Shown: in pieces, positions 62,582 to 64,000 of the stretch | How positions within the stretch are numbered: the stretch's first letter is position 1 | How the letters are laid out: each line of letters starts with the position of its first letter | From: an uncultured Clostridia bacterium | GTDB taxonomy: Bacteria > Bacillota > Clostridia > Christensenellales > UBA1242 | Direction: 5' to 3' | NCBI GenBank assembly: GCA_937895935.1 | Contig: CALBKX010000015.1 | Span: forward strand, 31,079-95,078 | Length of the DNA: 64,000 nucleotides | Program-made: the position numbers and the translations under genes | Notes under the pieces: model-generated | What the model saw: only the letters and a program-made list of their open reading frames with translations | The model's database searches: none | Told to the model about the DNA's origin: nothing

Positions 62582-63190
62582 ATGGATAGTGTATATGTTA
62601 TTATTAAAGATTTAAGAAATAATGTTGTTATGGCAGAAGCATATTGTTCGCCTGACAACTATAATGAATTTGTGTATGATTCATTAAGCAAGTTTATTAA
62701 ATTGAGTGGAAGTGATAAATATGAGTTGTCGGCAAGATTAGATGAATATCAAAGTTGTGAATTCTTGGGGTATTTGATTACTTTAAAAGACAATTCTGAA
62801 AAAAAATGGCGGCGTTATTTTCCAGAAAGCTATAAAGATTATATTAATGATTTAATTACCAAAGAAACTTTACTTTTGAATTGTGATGAATCTGATTATT
62901 ATGTTTTTCAAGATAAAGAGGATAGAGAACGCTGGCATGAACTTTTAACCAAAAGAATTGATAGGGAGAGCTACTGGGATGTATCTTATGACGTAAACTA
63001 TAATTATTTAACTAATATTTACAAAAAAGAGTTTGAAATCTTTAAGAAGAATGTAGAAAAAGAATTAGGATGTTTTCCACTTGATGTAAAAACTGAACCA
63101 AATCTTGTTCGTGCGGCAATGGAAATTTGGTACATTAGACTGTTTGAAAAGAATGTTGAATGGGGATATTTGCCAGATATTGTTGAGTAA
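62582..63190 (+). CDS. Hypothetical protein (202 aa)
   Basis: ORF only. Confidence 0.4.
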   Translation: MDSVYVIIKDLRNNVVMAEAYCSPDNYNEFVYDSLSKFIKLSGSDKYELSARLDEYQSCEFLGYLITLKDNSEKKWRRYFPESYKDYINDLITKETLLLNCDESDYYVFQDKEDRERWHELLTKRIDRESYWDVSYDVNYNYLTNIYKKEFEIFKKNVEKELGCFPLDVKTEPNLVRAAMEIWYIRLFEKNVEWGYLPDIVE

Positions 63191-63203
63191 GAAAGGAGTA
63201 GTT

Positions 63204-64000
63204 CATGAAATTAAAAATTCAAGAGTTCATAAATAACCACTCCAATTGGCAAGAATTATTGTCTAATGCTCCTTATAATTTAAAAATTACTTATAAAAAT
63301 GGATTATATTGTTTCAAATATAATCAAATCAATTCTGATTTTAGCAATCCTATTGTCTGCGAAGCTCGTGGTCTTATTTTGGATGCTAAAACTTTTAAAG
63401 TTGTGTGCTGTCCATTTTTTAAATTCTTTAATATTGACGAATCTCATGCTGCAAAAATTGATTGGAAAAATGGAATTTCTGTTAGTGAAAAAATTGATGG
63501 TAGCTTAATTAAACTTTATTATTGGAATGATAAATGGAATGTGGCTACTAATAGTGGAATTGATGCTGTTGATTCTAACTTAAGTAATAATGCCGTTTAT
63601 AAGAATTTCTATGAACTTTTTATGGCGGCATTACCTTCTACTTTTTCTTTTGATAATTTAAATAAAGCTTATACTTATGTATTTGAATTGGTATCGCCAT
63701 TTAATAAAGTTGTCATTTCTTATGATAGACCTAAGTTATATCTTTTAATGGTAAGAGATAATGAATCTTTGAAAGAAGTCAATTACAATTTTTCTGATAT
63801 AGAAAAGCCAGAAATTTATTTTGTAAGAACAGAAGAAGATTGCCGCCGTTTGATTCAAAGACTAAATGATAGTAATGTTTTAACTGAAGGTGTTGTTATA
63901 AAGGATTCTCATAACAATAGAGTTAAATTAAAAACAGCGAAATACTTTGATTTACATTATATGGTTAATAATCATGTAATGACTTTGGATAGACTTATTC
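63204..64000 (+). CDS. RNA ligase, Rnl2 family (partial, runs off the right edge)
   Basis: Not in the ORF track because it has no stop within the window. ATG 63204 after AAAGGAG. Motif I SEKIDGS (KxDG), motif III YVFELVSP, motif IV EGVVIKD, motif V VKLKTAKY. Confidence 0.75.

Noticed and set aside
63299-63508. Tracked ORF 63299-63508 (hydrophobic 69 aa)
   Set aside because: It lies out of frame inside the open-ended Rnl2 RNA ligase frame starting at 63204, which carries ligase motifs I, III, IV and V.

Overview
This is an AT-rich (about 29-30% GC by eye) dsDNA phage segment. The host is most likely an anaerobic Gram-positive, Clostridia-like bacterium, judging from the nrdD/nrdG genes, an amidase endolysin with ChW-type wall-binding repeats, and sigma-A type promoters. 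Two divergent arms meet at about 33.65 kb.

Left arm (1-33.6 kb, all genes on the minus strand) is a replication and nucleotide-metabolism module. It encodes Pol III alpha, three or four N6-adenine methyltransferases, a RecJ-like DHH exonuclease, primase, DnaB helicase, a PIN-PhoH ATPase, a Sak4-like ATPase, an SSB-like protein, topoisomerase II (GyrB-like and GyrA-like), NrdG, a Dam-like methylase, NrdD, DNA ligase, a 5' nucleotidase and a dNMP kinase. At least eight group I introns interrupt five of these genes (dnaE, recJ-like, phoH-like x2, gyrB-like x2, nrdD x2). Three of the introns carry homing endonuclease genes.

Right arm (33.7-64 kb, plus strand) starts with an HPr-like protein, followed by tail-fibre-like genes, a lysis cassette and a 1141-aa protein. 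Next come four tandem BspA/DUF285-type LRR paralogs. After them is a long series of small genes driven by repeated strong promoters. These include a Lar-like protein, a UvrD-like helicase, a divergent ThyX-like protein, a cysteine desulfurase plus PAPS-reductase-family PP-loop enzyme pair, a second HPr-like protein, an HD protein, tRNA-Lys(UUU), a DUF4406 protein, a DUF2828/vWA protein, another methyltransferase and an Rnl2-type RNA ligase.

The signals most worth a second look are:
- A roughly 40-fold or greater excess of the hexamer GGCGGC, biased toward the transcribed strand on both arms.
- The density of group I introns and the near-identical sequence blocks shared between them.
- The DndA/DndC-like sulfur-transfer pair next to a ThyX-like protein that lacks the RHR motif.
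- Three genes whose reading frames cannot be opened by a canonical start codon or a single frame.

All counts and coordinates were derived by eye from the sequence and should be recomputed.
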